The notes: a model not told the origin generated them from the sequence alone. 64,000 bases of DNA from an uncultured Gemmatimonadales bacterium (GCA_963701965.1 OY969695.1:288001-352000); one strand, 5' to 3'; positions 43,781 through 58,419 are shown, counted from the stretch's first letter. Made by a program: numbers and translations.

Positions 43781-44269
43781 CTATTCCAAGACTCGCAGCC
43801 GATCGCGAATATCGGCGGCCAACTCGAACTGCTCGGCTTCGATCGCCCGCTTGAGCTGCGCCCGCAGGTCGCCGACCTGGGTCTGTCGCTCCGACTCATC
43901 GTGGTGCGGCGGCTCGTACTGTCGCCCGGCGTGCCGGGCGCTCCCGTGGACGCGGCGCAGCAGGTCGCGGAGGGCAATCTCGAACGCACCGTAGCATTTG
44001 GGACATCCGAGACGACCCGTCGCCCGGAAGTCCCCCAGGGTCGCCGAGCAAAAGTCGCAGCGCCCTTGATCGCGCGCGCTCATGCCCCCGGTGGCCGGTT
44101 GGTGCAGCTTCTGGAGCAGTTGGCCAATCTGCGGGTGAGGGGTCGGATCAGACTGGACGCCCCGCTCCGCCGCGCATTTCTCGCACAGGCAGATCTCGCG
44201 CTTCTCGCCAGCCGCGACTGACGTCAGCTTGACGACCCCCTCGCGTTCTTTGCAGTTCTCGCAGAGCAC
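43781..44269 (-). CDS. mcsA: McsA (UvrB/UvrC-motif, CxxC) activator
   Basis: CENC, CEKCA, CDFC, GRLGCPKCY, AIEAEQFELAADIRD. Confidence 0.9.
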   Translation of the reverse strand: MLCENCKEREGVVKLTSVAAGEKREICLCEKCAAERGVQSDPTPHPQIGQLLQKLHQPATGGMSARDQGRCDFCSATLGDFRATGRLGCPKCYGAFEIALRDLLRRVHGSARHAGRQYEPPHHDESERQTQVGDLRAQLKRAIEAEQFELAADIRDRLRVLE

Positions 44270-44970
44270 TAGGCCACCCCCTCCCCGACGACCGTCGGCG
44301 CCAACTGGCCGTTCTCTAAGAGTAGGACGCGGTGGGCCCGGGCCGCTAGCGAACGGTTGTGCGTCACCACCACCATGCCGATTTCCATATCCCGCACGAG
44401 CTCGGCGAACAACTCGTGCAGCAGCTCCGCGTTGCCCTGGTCGAGGTTTCCCGACGGTTCATCGGCGAGCACGATCGCCGGATCCGTCGCCAGCGCCCGT
44501 GCCACCGCCGTCCGTTGCTGCTCGCCACCGGACAGTTCCGCCGGTCGATGATGCATCCGCCCACTCAACCCGACGCGCGCCAGGAGTTCCTCGGCCCGGC
44601 TGCGGGCCTGCCGGTTCGGGACGCCGGCGATGCGGAGCGGCATCATGACGTTTTCCAGGGCCGAGAACTCCCGCAACAAATGGTGGAACTGAAACACGAA
44701 GCCCACAGCGCGATTGCGGAGCGTCGCCAACGCCTCGTCATTCCGGCCGTGGATCGGCTCCCCGGCCAATATGACGTACCCCTTGGTCGGCGGGTCGAGC
44801 GCACCCAGGAGATGGAGGAGCGTACTCTTGCCCGCGCCGCTGGAGCCGACGACCGCCACCATCTCCCCGCGTTGCACGACGAGGTCGACCCCGGAGAGGA
44901 TGTGGAGGAGTCCCCCATCCCCACCGCGGTACGTTTTCCACAAATCGCGCGCTTCGAGGACTGCCATCAT
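44269..44970 (-). CDS. lolD: Lipoprotein-releasing ABC ATPase LolD
   Basis: GSSGAGKSTLLH, FVFQFHHLL, LSGGEQQR, ADEPSGNLD. Confidence 0.9.
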   Translation of the reverse strand: MMAVLEARDLWKTYRGGDGGLLHILSGVDLVVQRGEMVAVVGSSGAGKSTLLHLLGALDPPTKGYVILAGEPIHGRNDEALATLRNRAVGFVFQFHHLLREFSALENVMMPLRIAGVPNRQARSRAEELLARVGLSGRMHHRPAELSGGEQQRTAVARALATDPAIVLADEPSGNLDQGNAELLHELFAELVRDMEIGMVVVTHNRSLAARAHRVLLLENGQLAPTVVGEGVA

Positions 44971-46226
44971 TCGTGGTGTATGGCCTCGATCGGGTACAAC
45001 CGGGCCGCTTGAATCGACGGGTACAACGTCGCGACCGCCGCGATCGCCAGACTGGCCAGGACTGTCAGAATGACGTCGAGCGGCTGCGTGTGCACGGGCA
45101 TGTGATCAATGAAATACACCTGCTCATTCAGCTTGATCAATTTGTACTTGTCGAGCAGCACGGAGCCGACGAGGCCCAGCACCAGGCCGCCGGTAGTTCC
45201 GGTGACGCCGATGACGACCCCTTGCGCGAAAAATATGCGCTTGATGGAGCGGGCCGGCATGCCCATCGCCTTGAGAATCCCGATCTCGCGGGTCTTGTCC
45301 GTCACCACCATCGTGAGCGTGCTCACGATGTTGAATGCCGCGACCAGCACGACGAGCAGGAGAATGAAGCTCATCACCAACTTTTCCAGCGTCAGCGCCG
45401 AGAAGAGCGAGTGGTTTTGTTCCTGCCAGTCGACCGCGCGATAGGGGAATCCCAGCGTCGTCTCCAGCTCCTTGGCCAGCGCGTGCGCCTCCCATCGATT
45501 CGTGGAGCGCACTTCGATGCCGGTGACCGCGTCGTCGAGCGCCGCGAACTCCTGGGCGACCGCGATGGGCATGAAGACATAGGAGTTGTCGTACTCGTAC
45601 ATCCCAGTCTCGAACAGGCCGGTGACCTCGAATCGATACAGCTTTGGCACGAACCCGCCCGTGATGGCGTCGAGCTTGTTGCCCGGCGGCGGAGCCACGA
45701 GGCGGATCGTATCCCCGGGGACGACGTTGAGACGATCGGCCAGAAGCTTGCCGACGACGACGCCGCGCACCTTGCCGTCGCTCGACGCGAAGCGGAAATC
45801 CCCCATGCCCTTGATCGCGTGCTCGCGGATCGACGTCGGTTCCGAGACGTGGGGCGCCTGTGGATCGATGCCCTCGATTTGCGCCGCCTCCACGTAGTGG
45901 TGCCCGCTGGAAATGAGCCCCTGGCTCAACACGAACGGGCCGGCGGCGACGACCCCTTCGTGCGCCCGGATCTTGAGCAGGATCGGGTGCCACTTGGGGA
46001 TCGTGAGGTCGTCGCCGTAGGTCAGGATCCGGATATCCGGGCTCCCCACGAGAATCTTTTCCTTGAGGTCGTCCTGGAGCCCGTTCATCACGCCGACCAC
46101 GAGGATGAGCGCGCTCACGCCGACCACGACGCCGCCGATGGCGATCACCGTGATCAGGGACAGCAGGCGCGATCCCTTGCGGCTCCGGAGGTAGCGCCAG
46201 GCGATCGACAATTCGAGGCGGCTCAT
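44967..46226 (-). CDS. lolC: Lipoprotein-releasing ABC permease LolC/E
   Basis: IAWRYLR, GVMNG, GMYEYD, VAAFNIVSTL, REIGILKAMG. Confidence 0.88.
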   Translation of the reverse strand: MSRLELSIAWRYLRSRKGSRLLSLITVIAIGGVVVGVSALILVVGVMNGLQDDLKEKILVGSPDIRILTYGDDLTIPKWHPILLKIRAHEGVVAAGPFVLSQGLISSGHHYVEAAQIEGIDPQAPHVSEPTSIREHAIKGMGDFRFASSDGKVRGVVVGKLLADRLNVVPGDTIRLVAPPPGNKLDAITGGFVPKLYRFEVTGLFETGMYEYDNSYVFMPIAVAQEFAALDDAVTGIEVRSTNRWEAHALAKELETTLGFPYRAVDWQEQNHSLFSALTLEKLVMSFILLLVVLVAAFNIVSTLTMVVTDKTREIGILKAMGMPARSIKRIFFAQGVVIGVTGTTGGLVLGLVGSVLLDKYKLIKLNEQVYFIDHMPVHTQPLDVILTVLASLAIAAVATLYPSIQAARLYPIEAIHHE

Positions 46227-47761
46227 GTCTGGGAACCGCGGAGTGGTCGCATAACCGGAAACAGGATCACGTCGCGAATGTGCACGATGCCGGTGAGATA
46301 CATGAGCAGGCGGTCCATGCCGATGCCGACGCCGCCCGTCGGCGGCATGCCGTACTCCAGCGCGCGCAGATAATCCTCATCCACCTCGACGGCTTCCTCG
46401 TCGCCCGCGGCGCGGAGCGCCGCCTGGGCCTCGAGGCGCCGGCGCTGATCGAGCGGGTCGTTCAGTTCGCTGAACGCGTTCGCCACCTCGCGCCCGCGCG
46501 CGAACAGCTCGAAGCGCTCGGTGAGGAGCGTGCCCTCGACGCCGGCCCCGCGTTTCGGCTTGGCCAACGGGGAGAGCTCGATCGGATAGTCGACGACGAA
46601 CGTCGGCTCATCGATCTGCGATTCCACCAGCGCCTGGAACAACTCATCCATGAGTTTTGGCCGACTGAGCTTGCCTACGTCTGCAACCCCCAAGTTCGCG
46701 GCGCGGTTCCGCAGTTCCTCGACAGATAGGAACGCGGGATTGGCGCCGCCGAGGGCCTGCGTCAGGCTCGGGAGCCACTCGATGCGGCGGAACGGCGGGC
46801 GAAGATGCGGCACGACGGACGCGAAGGCCGGAACGGCGCTCACGGCGCTGGCCGCGGCCACCAGGATTCCCTCGACGCGATCCATCATCGCGTGATAGTC
46901 CGCGTACGCCTCGTAGAACTCGAGCATCGTGAACTCGGGGCTGTGCGTTCGGTCGATGCCCTCATTTCGGAAATCGTGCCCGATCTCGTAGACGCGATCG
47001 AATCCTCCGACGATGAGTCGTTTGAGATAGAGCTCGTCGGCGATGCGGAGGTACAGTTCCGTGTCCAGAGCGTGGTAGTGCGTCGTGAACGGCCGCGCGT
47101 ACGCCCCGCCGTACTGCGGTTGCAGGATCGGCGTCTCGACCTCGATGTAGTCCGCGCCGTCGAGATAGCCGCGAATCGCCGAGATCATCCGGGCGCGGGC
47201 CTTGAACGTCTCGCGGACTTCGGGATGGACGGCCAGATCGGCATAGCGCTGCCGGTATCGCTGTTCCGTATCGGCGAATCCCGAGTGCCGGACCGTCACG
47301 CCATCGACTGTCTCTTCTTTCCCATACGGCAGGGGGCGCATTGACTTGGCCAGCATCGCCACCGACTGGACCCGCACGGTGACTTCGCCCGTCTTCGTCT
47401 TGAACAACGGCCCCGTGACGCCCACGATATCGCTCAGATCGTACAGCCTGAGGCGCTGAAACGCGTCGTCGCCCAGCGTGTCGCGCCGAAAATACAGCTG
47501 GATGCGTCCCGACCCATCGGCGAGGTGCGCGAACGCGGTCTTTCCCTGAGCGCGCCAGGCGACGAGTCGCCCAGCGAGGCGGACCGTCGGCCCCTCGTCA
47601 TCGTGTCCCAGCGTGTCCCCCCGCGCGCGCGCGCCCGCCGCCGTGTCGGTGCGGTCGAACGTGTACGCGTACGGGCCGTCGCCGGCGGCCGCGAGCGCAT
47701 CGAGCTTCTCGCGTCGCGCCCGCCGGATGAAGTCCAGCTCCGTGACGGTCTCGTCGGCCAT
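46223..47761 (-). CDS. lysS: Lysine--tRNA ligase (class II)
   Basis: OB fold, RYRQRY, EVETPIL, YLRIADELYLKRL, FRNEGID, ERFELF, YGMPPTGG. TAATG overlap with prfB. Confidence 0.96.
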   Translation of the reverse strand: MADETVTELDFIRRARREKLDALAAAGDGPYAYTFDRTDTAAGARARGDTLGHDDEGPTVRLAGRLVAWRAQGKTAFAHLADGSGRIQLYFRRDTLGDDAFQRLRLYDLSDIVGVTGPLFKTKTGEVTVRVQSVAMLAKSMRPLPYGKEETVDGVTVRHSGFADTEQRYRQRYADLAVHPEVRETFKARARMISAIRGYLDGADYIEVETPILQPQYGGAYARPFTTHYHALDTELYLRIADELYLKRLIVGGFDRVYEIGHDFRNEGIDRTHSPEFTMLEFYEAYADYHAMMDRVEGILVAAASAVSAVPAFASVVPHLRPPFRRIEWLPSLTQALGGANPAFLSVEELRNRAANLGVADVGKLSRPKLMDELFQALVESQIDEPTFVVDYPIELSPLAKPKRGAGVEGTLLTERFELFARGREVANAFSELNDPLDQRRRLEAQAALRAAGDEEAVEVDEDYLRALEYGMPPTGGVGIGMDRLLMYLTGIVHIRDVILFPVMRPLRGSQT

Positions 47762-48883
47762 TATGCCGCCGCCCGGCCGTCGCCGCTCGCCTGCTTCTTG
47801 AGATACGCCTCGATGAACGGATCGATGTCTCCGTCCATGACGCGCTGCACGTCGGGAATCTTGAGCTCTGTCCGGTGGTCGTTGACCATGGTGTAAGGTT
47901 GAAACACGTAGCTCCGGATCTGGCTGCCGAACGTGACGTCCTGCTTGCTCTCGTCCAGCTTCGCTTTTTGCGCCGCCTGACGCTCGGCTTCCAGTTGGTA
48001 GAGGCGATTCTTGAGCATCTTCATGGCGGTCGCCTTGTTCTTGAACTGCGACCGCTCCTGCTGCGAGGCCACGACGATCCCGCTCGGCTCGTGCGTGATG
48101 CGCACGGCGGAGCTGGTCTTGTTGACGTGCTGTCCACCGGCGCCGGAGGCGCGGTAGACATCGATGCGGAGATCCTCGGGACGAATCTCGATGTTGATCT
48201 CGTCGTCGACGACGGGATACACGAAGACCGACGCGAAGCTGGTGTGCCGGCGCGATTGGGCGTCGAATGGGGAGATGCGCACCAAGCGATGGACACCCGC
48301 CTCCGGCTTGAGAAAGCCGTAGGCGTATTGCCCGTGGATTTCCATGATGGCGCCCTTGATGCCCGCCTCTTCGCCCTCGCTCATGTCGAGGATGTCGACG
48401 GTGTAACCGCGACGCTCCGCCCAACGCGTGTACATCCGCATGAGCATCTGCGCCCAATCCTGGGCTTCCGTGCCGCCGGCGCCGGCGCTGATCTCGACCT
48501 GCGCGTCGCGGTGATCATCGGGGCCGCTCAACAGCGACCGCAACTCGAACGCGGCCACATCCTGGCCCAGCGACGCGACTTCTTGCGCCAACTCGGCGCT
48601 CATCCCCGCATCGGGTTCGGACTCGGCGTCGAGCAACTCCGCGAGCTCGCGCGCGCTCTGCCGGCGTCCATCGAGTCGCTCAAAGGGCTCGACGACGCTC
48701 CTCAGCGTCTTGACCTGCTGCACGACCTCCTGCGCGCGCTCCTGGTTGGACCAGAAACCCGCTTCCGCCATGCGCACATCGCGCTCGTCGAGCGCTTGGC
48801 GCTTGCCATCAATGTCAAAGGTACCTCCGGAGCTCGTCGAGCCGAGCTCCGAGGGTGTCGAGATCTCCGTTGCCGTCCGCCAT
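47761..48883 (-). CDS. prfB: Peptide chain release factor 2 with programmed +1 frameshift
   Basis: 22-codon leader MADGNGDLDTLGARLDELRRYL, then GGAGGTAC-CTT-TGA-C (48828-48814). SPF and GGQ motifs. Confidence 0.95.
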
Positions 48884-48962
48884 GCCTCACCTCGCTACGA
48901 AGCGAGCCGTTGCTTCCGGAGGGGCAGCAACGGCTCGTACTCCAAGCAAGTATAGCGGCTTT

Positions 48963-50201
48963 CTAGAACAATTTCTTGCCGTTGGCGAGAAGCTCGTTGA
49001 GGGCGTCCTGGAAGTGCGCCGTGCTCTCGGCGAATTCTTTGCCGATCTGCTCCACGTACTCCTCGTAGCTCTTCTTGATCTCCTCGCGGAAGATCTGCTT
49101 GAGGGTCCCGTTGGCGAGCCCCTCTTCGCGCTTCCCCGGATGATACGCGAGAATGTCCGAGACCAGCGCGCGGGCCAACCGCTTGGCCTTTTGATTGGGG
49201 TCGTTGGCCAGGAACGGATTGATCGGCCGCCGCTCGCCGGGCGCGGCGCCCGGAACGGCGGGGAGTGCCGGTGACGTCACCGCCATCGACCCGGGGCTGG
49301 GCGGCGTGGGCGGTGCCGGCGGGATGATGCGCGGCTGCGGCGCCGCGGCTGGCCGTTGTCCGGTCACGGCGCCCGCCGCGGGGATCTGACTCGTGGGGCT
49401 TCCGCCCAACTTGGGGCCGGTGCCGGGCTCGCGCGGCGGGACCGGGACGGCGGGACGCGGCGCGGTCCCGGCTATAAGCGCCGGTGGAGCCGCCGGGCGG
49501 GGCGGCATCGGTGCGGCGGGTCGCGGAGCGGTCACGCCGGCGGCGGCCGCACCCGGGATGACTTGCCGCGGCGGCGGTGGCGGAACGACCGGCGCGCCGC
49601 CGGGCGCGGCTGGGCGCGGGGTCGATGTGGGGCGGGATGAGGATCCCGTGGTCGGTTCGCGCGGCGGCATTGGTGCCGCGGGGCGTGCGCCCGATGCCGA
49701 TCCGCCGATGGAAGGCGGGGCACCTGGGGCTGCGGGACGCGTCGGTGGAGCGGGCGGCCGCGCTGGGACCGGTGCCGCCGGGCGCGCCGCCAACGGCGCT
49801 GGCGCGTTGGGCGCGGCCGGACGGATCGACGGCGAGCCGCGCGACGGGGTGAGCGCGGGGCGCGCGGGTGCGGCGGGCGCGGGAATCCCAGGCCCCGGCA
49901 CGGCGGCAGCCGGGCGCGCCGGCGTTCCACCACGAAGCGACGGCGGGGGCGGCGGCGGTACGGCCGGCCGCGGCGCGGAAGGGGCGGACGGCGCTGCGGC
50001 CGCGTGCATCGCCATGGGAGCGGCGGCGACTTTGGGCGCGGAGGCCGCGTGCGCGGTGCCGTTGGCGACTCCATTGGCCGAGTCGGCGGCGATGCTGATC
50101 ACGCCGCCGCAGACCGAGCATCGGGCCCGGACACCGGCGGACGGAATCTTCGCCGGGTCGACGCGGAAGACGGAGCGGCACTCCGGACAGGTGACGTTCA
50201 T
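48963..50201 (-). CDS. Zinc-ribbon (MJ0042-type) protein with Pro/Ala-rich linker and helical C-terminal (RomX-like) domain
   Basis: MNVTCPECRSVFRV...ARCSVC; long P/A linker; KAKRLARALVSDILAYH...EEIKKSYEEY...HFQDALNE. Confidence 0.8.
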   Translation of the reverse strand: MNVTCPECRSVFRVDPAKIPSAGVRARCSVCGGVISIAADSANGVANGTAHAASAPKVAAAPMAMHAAAAPSAPSAPRPAVPPPPPPSLRGGTPARPAAAVPGPGIPAPAAPARPALTPSRGSPSIRPAAPNAPAPLAARPAAPVPARPPAPPTRPAAPGAPPSIGGSASGARPAAPMPPREPTTGSSSRPTSTPRPAAPGGAPVVPPPPPRQVIPGAAAAGVTAPRPAAPMPPRPAAPPALIAGTAPRPAVPVPPREPGTGPKLGGSPTSQIPAAGAVTGQRPAAAPQPRIIPPAPPTPPSPGSMAVTSPALPAVPGAAPGERRPINPFLANDPNQKAKRLARALVSDILAYHPGKREEGLANGTLKQIFREEIKKSYEEYVEQIGKEFAESTAHFQDALNELLANGKKLF

Positions 50202-51202
50202 TCCTTCTCTCCCACCTCGAGCGCGCGGGCGCGCGGGAGGACGATGGGCGCCTCGGCGACTCCATCCTGGCGTCGGTCGACGGTAAAGAGCGAACCGTCG
50301 AGCGTCTTGGCGTAGCTTTTCATCTCGGTCGCGAGCTCGCTCATCTGCGCGGCGTGAGTGAATCGGCGGCGTTCATTGGTGACGACGCCGATCGAGACGG
50401 TCATGAGGGGGACGCGGTGGAGCTGGCCGCGCCGATCCTTCCCAAAAAAGTAGCCGGCCCGGCGGTCCTGCTCCGAATACTGGTACGGCACCAGCGCATC
50501 GAAGACGGCGATGACCTCGGCGCACGCATCGGTGATGGCGGTCGTCGGGATGTTGAAGATGAAGTCATCGCCACCAATGTGTCCAACGAAACCGGCTTCG
50601 CCGCAGATGCCTTTGACGACGTCGTGCAGGATCTTGGCGAGAATGCGAATGACGCGATCGCCGTCGTTGTAGCTGTAGCGATCGTTGAATTCCTTGAAGT
50701 GATCGAGGTCCGCGTAGCAGACGGCGAACGGTTCCTCGAGGACGAGGCGCCGCGAGATGTCGGCTTCGATCTCGTACGTCCCGGGGAGCCGGGTCGACGG
50801 GTGCACGAACGTGTCGCGATCCGACCGGCGCAGCACCACGCCCAGGCGGGCCAGCGCTTCCTGTCGACCGAGACCATCGCGGATGACCTCATCGGCGCCG
50901 GCGTCGAACGCGGCGTGGACGGCTTGTTCGGAGTCGGCGACGACGATGACGGCGGGAATGATTCCGGTGAAGGAGTCCCGCTTCATGCGGGCGCACGCGT
51001 CATACGCCTGTTCCTGGCCGCTCCGGGCATCGAACACGACGGCGCGGGGGCGCCCGCGCAGGCACATGGCCATGAGGTCGTCGGCGGCGGTCAATGTGGT
51101 GCTCGCCAGCTTAGCCCCGTCGAGCCAGTTCTTGACCACGTCCGGCGGCGCGGAGCCGCCGGGCGAGAACAAAATGGCAATCGTCGGGGAGGGATGGGCC
51201 AC
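50198..51202 (-). CDS. Diguanylate cyclase (GGDDF) with atypical receiver-like N-terminus
   Basis: HPSTRLPG, YADLDHFKEFNDRY, GDRVI, GHIGGDDF, TVSIG. Confidence 0.88.
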   Translation of the reverse strand: MAHPSPTIAILFSPGGSAPPDVVKNWLDGAKLASTTLTAADDLMAMCLRGRPRAVVFDARSGQEQAYDACARMKRDSFTGIIPAVIVVADSEQAVHAAFDAGADEVIRDGLGRQEALARLGVVLRRSDRDTFVHPSTRLPGTYEIEADISRRLVLEEPFAVCYADLDHFKEFNDRYSYNDGDRVIRILAKILHDVVKGICGEAGFVGHIGGDDFIFNIPTTAITDACAEVIAVFDALVPYQYSEQDRRAGYFFGKDRRGQLHRVPLMTVSIGVVTNERRRFTHAAQMSELATEMKSYAKTLDGSLFTVDRRQDGVAEAPIVLPRARALEVGEKE

Positions 51203-51341
51203 GGGCTCGAGTGAATGTGGGTGCGTACCAAGGACCGCTCAGCGGCCCATACGCAACTCGGTGCAGCAGAAAGCGCTGCACCCCGAGTTGCCGTCGGTTT
51301 CGCTCCGCTCGGCTGCGCCGAGCGTCAGTTGCAGCAAAAGG

Positions 51342-51509
51342 CTAATACGGCGTCGCCTCGTCAATCAGCATGATCGGGATATCGTCGCGGACCGGGTAGC
51401 GGAGGCGATCGGTGTGGCAGATCAGTACACCGTCGTGCTCCCGGTATTCCAGCTCCCCTTTGCATTTCGGGCAAACCAGGATGGCGAGGAGATTCTGGGG
51501 CAGGCTCAT
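51342..51509 (-). CDS. Trm112-family protein
   Basis: [20 protein letters not shown]...[24 protein letters not shown] (translated by hand; 55 aa). Confidence 0.9.
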   Translation of the reverse strand: MSLPQNLLAILVCPKCKGELEYREHDGVLICHTDRLRYPVRDDIPIMLIDEATPY

Positions 51510-52396
51510 GGTCGTTCGCGCGGATTGAGTGTCGGGACCGTGAAGCCGAACCGGCGGAGCGATTGGGCATTGCGGCGCCAGTTCGGGAGCACCTTGATGC
51601 GGAGGTCCAGGTACACGGGCGCGCCGACCAGCGGTTCGATCTTCTCCCGCGCCGCCTTGCCGAGTTCGCGGATGCGGGAGCCTTTGTGGCCGATCAGGAT
51701 ACCCTTCTGGCTTTCGCGCTCGACGTACACCGTGGCTTGAATGTAGACCGGGTGGCTGTCTTCGCGGAACTCCTCGACCTCGGCGACAACGCTGTACGGC
51801 ACCTCGTCCTGCAGCTGCTCCAGCGCGGCCTCACGGATGAGCTCACTGACGAAGAACCGCATGGACTGGGTGCTGACCTCGTCACCCGGATAGAGGAACG
51901 GGCTCTCCGGCAAACCAGCCTCGAGCGCGGCGACGAGTCGATCCACGCCACGACCATCCGCGGCCGAGATGAACCATGCCCCAGGATGCCGCGCGCGCAG
52001 GCCTTCGAGCGCCCCAGCCCCCAAGAGATCGATCTTGTTGAATGTGAGGAGTTGTTTCGCCCGCGGCTCGCGTTGCAGACCCGCCGCTGTCTCGAGCAGC
52101 ACCGGCTCCCCAGCACTCGCGTCGACCAGATAAACGATGAGATCCGCGTCATTCAGCGCTTTGAGCGACTCGGCGCGCATGGCGCGCTGCAGCTCGTACG
52201 CCGGCTCGAGGAGCCCAGGCGTATCCACAAACACGATTTGGTTTTCACCTTCGGTATGAATCCCCACCACCGCCGACCGCGTCGATTGCGGTTTCGGACT
52301 AGTGATACTGAGCTTCTGCCCGATGACGCGGTTAAGCAGCGTCGATTTTCCCACGTTCGGCGTGCCGACAACCGCGACGATGCCCGCGCGAGTCAC
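51506..52396 (-). CDS. era: GTPase Era
   Basis: [36 protein letters not shown]. Confidence 0.96.
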   Translation of the reverse strand: MTRAGIVAVVGTPNVGKSTLLNRVIGQKLSITSPKPQSTRSAVVGIHTEGENQIVFVDTPGLLEPAYELQRAMRAESLKALNDADLIVYLVDASAGEPVLLETAAGLQREPRAKQLLTFNKIDLLGAGALEGLRARHPGAWFISAADGRGVDRLVAALEAGLPESPFLYPGDEVSTQSMRFFVSELIREAALEQLQDEVPYSVVAEVEEFREDSHPVYIQATVYVERESQKGILIGHKGSRIRELGKAAREKIEPLVGAPVYLDLRIKVLPNWRRNAQSLRRFGFTVPTLNPRERP

Positions 52397-52465
52397 ACCA
52401 ACATCCTTCAGTTAGGGGGGTGTCGGGGGGAGCTTCATCCCCCCTGACTGCAATGGACGAGGCGG

Positions 52466-52524
52466 TTTTTGACGCAAATGCCCCTGGGCGCATGGCGCCC
52501 AGGGGCAAGGTCTTGCGTCAAAAA
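52466..52524 (-). terminator. Long hairpin downstream of 5S, probable rrn terminator
   Basis: TTTTTGACGCAA...TGCCCCTGGGCGC-ATG-GCGCCCAGGGGCA...TTGCGTCAAAAA inverted repeat. Confidence 0.6.
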
Positions 52525-52525
52525 C

Positions 52526-52643
52526 CGCCGGCGACGGCCTACTCTCCCGCGGTCTCTCGACCGGAGTACCATCGGCGCTGTAGGGCTTAACGATCGTGTT
52601 CGGAATGGGAACGAGTGTGGCCCCTACGCTCTAGTCGCCAGCG
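52526..52643 (-). rRNA. rrf: 5S rRNA
   Basis: Complement of CCCATTCCGAAC...GTTAAGC...GATGGTACT...GGGAGAGTAGG. Confidence 0.95.
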
Positions 52644-52812
52644 AATATGTGGTGACAGCAGTTTGCGGTAGTGATCGTGTGAAGATTTCTGAATAACAAC
52701 GCACATGTAAATCGTGCAGTGCTCTGCGATTTGACTCATGAGATTGGCAAAGCCAATCTCTGTCCAACCGACCAGTCGAGCGCGCAAGCGCATCGACGAT
52801 CGGCGGAGCCGA

Positions 52813-55770
<2,958 letters not shown>

Positions 55771-56087
55771 ACATGTTCTGTCAAGCAGAGCACGCGCGAT
55801 CTACGATGTGTGAAAACGTCATTCTTTCACTCGAGGCAATTGCCGCCTCTCGCGTTGGATTCGTTTCCCACGATCACTACCACTAACTGTTGTCAAACAG
55901 CGTATTTGCGAAACTGATCGGAGCCAACTCTCCTCCCCGCCTTCGGCAGGGGGAGAGATTGGCGACCAAACAGCAACGCTAGTCGCGTTAGAAAATCAAA
56001 ATCGAGATTGGGATGTGCCAGGCGTCGACTTCCGAGGACTTTCCGAGCCACGTCTCTTTCGAAACGGACCCTTACTCGTCGCTCCGG

Positions 56088-57617
<1,530 letters not shown>

Positions 57618-57827
57618 AGAGAATTCAACTAGCTCTCGAAGAACACTGCCACGCTGCCTCGCGTGGCAGCGTTTTCCGAATCACATAGAAAATGTTCGGT
57701 TCAACTCTCCCCAGCACCCCGAATGGCGCTGGATCAAAGAGTCGCCTCGCACATCCCTAATCTCGATTTCGATTGTCAATCAACACGATAATGTTATCAA
57801 CTTGGTGCCGCTCCGCGGCAGCCTCAT

Positions 57828-57857
57828 ATCATAACCGGGGGTCACATATTGCGTCAA
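57828..57857 (-). promoter_or_regulatory. rrn sigma70-type promoter
   Basis: TTGACG-N18-TATGAT with an AT-rich UP-like tract upstream. Confidence 0.6.
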
Positions 57858-57891
57858 CCCCGCTGCATTTAAATCTTTTTCTCTACTCTAC

Positions 57892-57912
57892 GCGCCCGGC
57901 AGGAATCGAACC
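57892..57912 (-). repeat. 21-bp direct repeat of the tRNA-Lys(CTT) 3' end (att-like)
   Basis: GCGCCCGGCAGGAATCGAACC identical to 58015-58035. Confidence 0.8.
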
Positions 57913-57951
57913 GACTTTTGCCGCTGCGCGGGAAAAGTCTCGTCGTTTCCC

Positions 57952-58141
57952 TCCGGGGGGCAAACCACAACCACGCCCCCCGGACCCCCCGGAATTCTCT
58001 CATAACCTACCAATGCGCCCGGCAGGAATCGAACCTGCAACCTGTCGATTAAGAGTCGAATGCTCTGCCAATTGAGCTACGGGCGCTCGCTCGACTCTGC
58101 CCTTCGGGGGGTCCGGGGGGGCCCTTGTAGTTCCCCCCGGA
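57952..58141. repeat. Inverted pair of G/C-rich REP-like hairpins flanking tRNA-Lys
   Basis: GGGGGGTCCGGGGGG-loop-CCCCCCGGA at 58106-58141 and its inverse at 57952-57990. Related unit near 52415-52448. Confidence 0.6.
58014..58086 (-). tRNA. tRNA-Lys(CTT)
   Basis: GCGCCCG...CGGGCGC-A; anticodon loop CTCTTAA; CCA not encoded. Confidence 0.95.
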
Positions 58142-58180
58142 GTCCAACCGATAGCGCATTGGTCCCACGAAGTGGACCCA

Positions 58181-58254
58181 TGCGCCAGGGCGGATTCGAA
58201 CCGCCGACCCACAGCTTAGAAGGCTGTTGCTCTATCCACCTGAGCTACTGGCGC
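58181..58254 (-). tRNA. tRNA-Arg(TCT)
   Basis: GCGCCAG...CTGGCGC-A; anticodon loop CTTCTAA. Confidence 0.95.
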
Positions 58255-58271
58255 GCGTACCTTCCACTGTA

Positions 58272-58345
58272 TCGGGGCGACCGGATTTGAACCGGTGACC
58301 TCCTGCTCCCAAAGCAGGCGCGATACCAGGCTACGCTACGCCCCG
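58272..58345 (-). tRNA. tRNA-Pro(TGG)
   Basis: CGGGGCG...CGCCCCG-A; stem CCTGC, loop TTTGGGA. Confidence 0.95.
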
Positions 58346-58419
58346 TCTCCTCATGCTATGAATCGAGCCGCCTAAAGTAGCCGAGCCGCGGAACGCAGTC
58401 AACTCGCTACCGCAACGCG

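Noticed and set aside
49393..50286. Gly-rich collagen-like ORF on the + strand
   Set aside because: Antisense of the Pro/Ala-rich linker, with no regular Gly-X-Y period.
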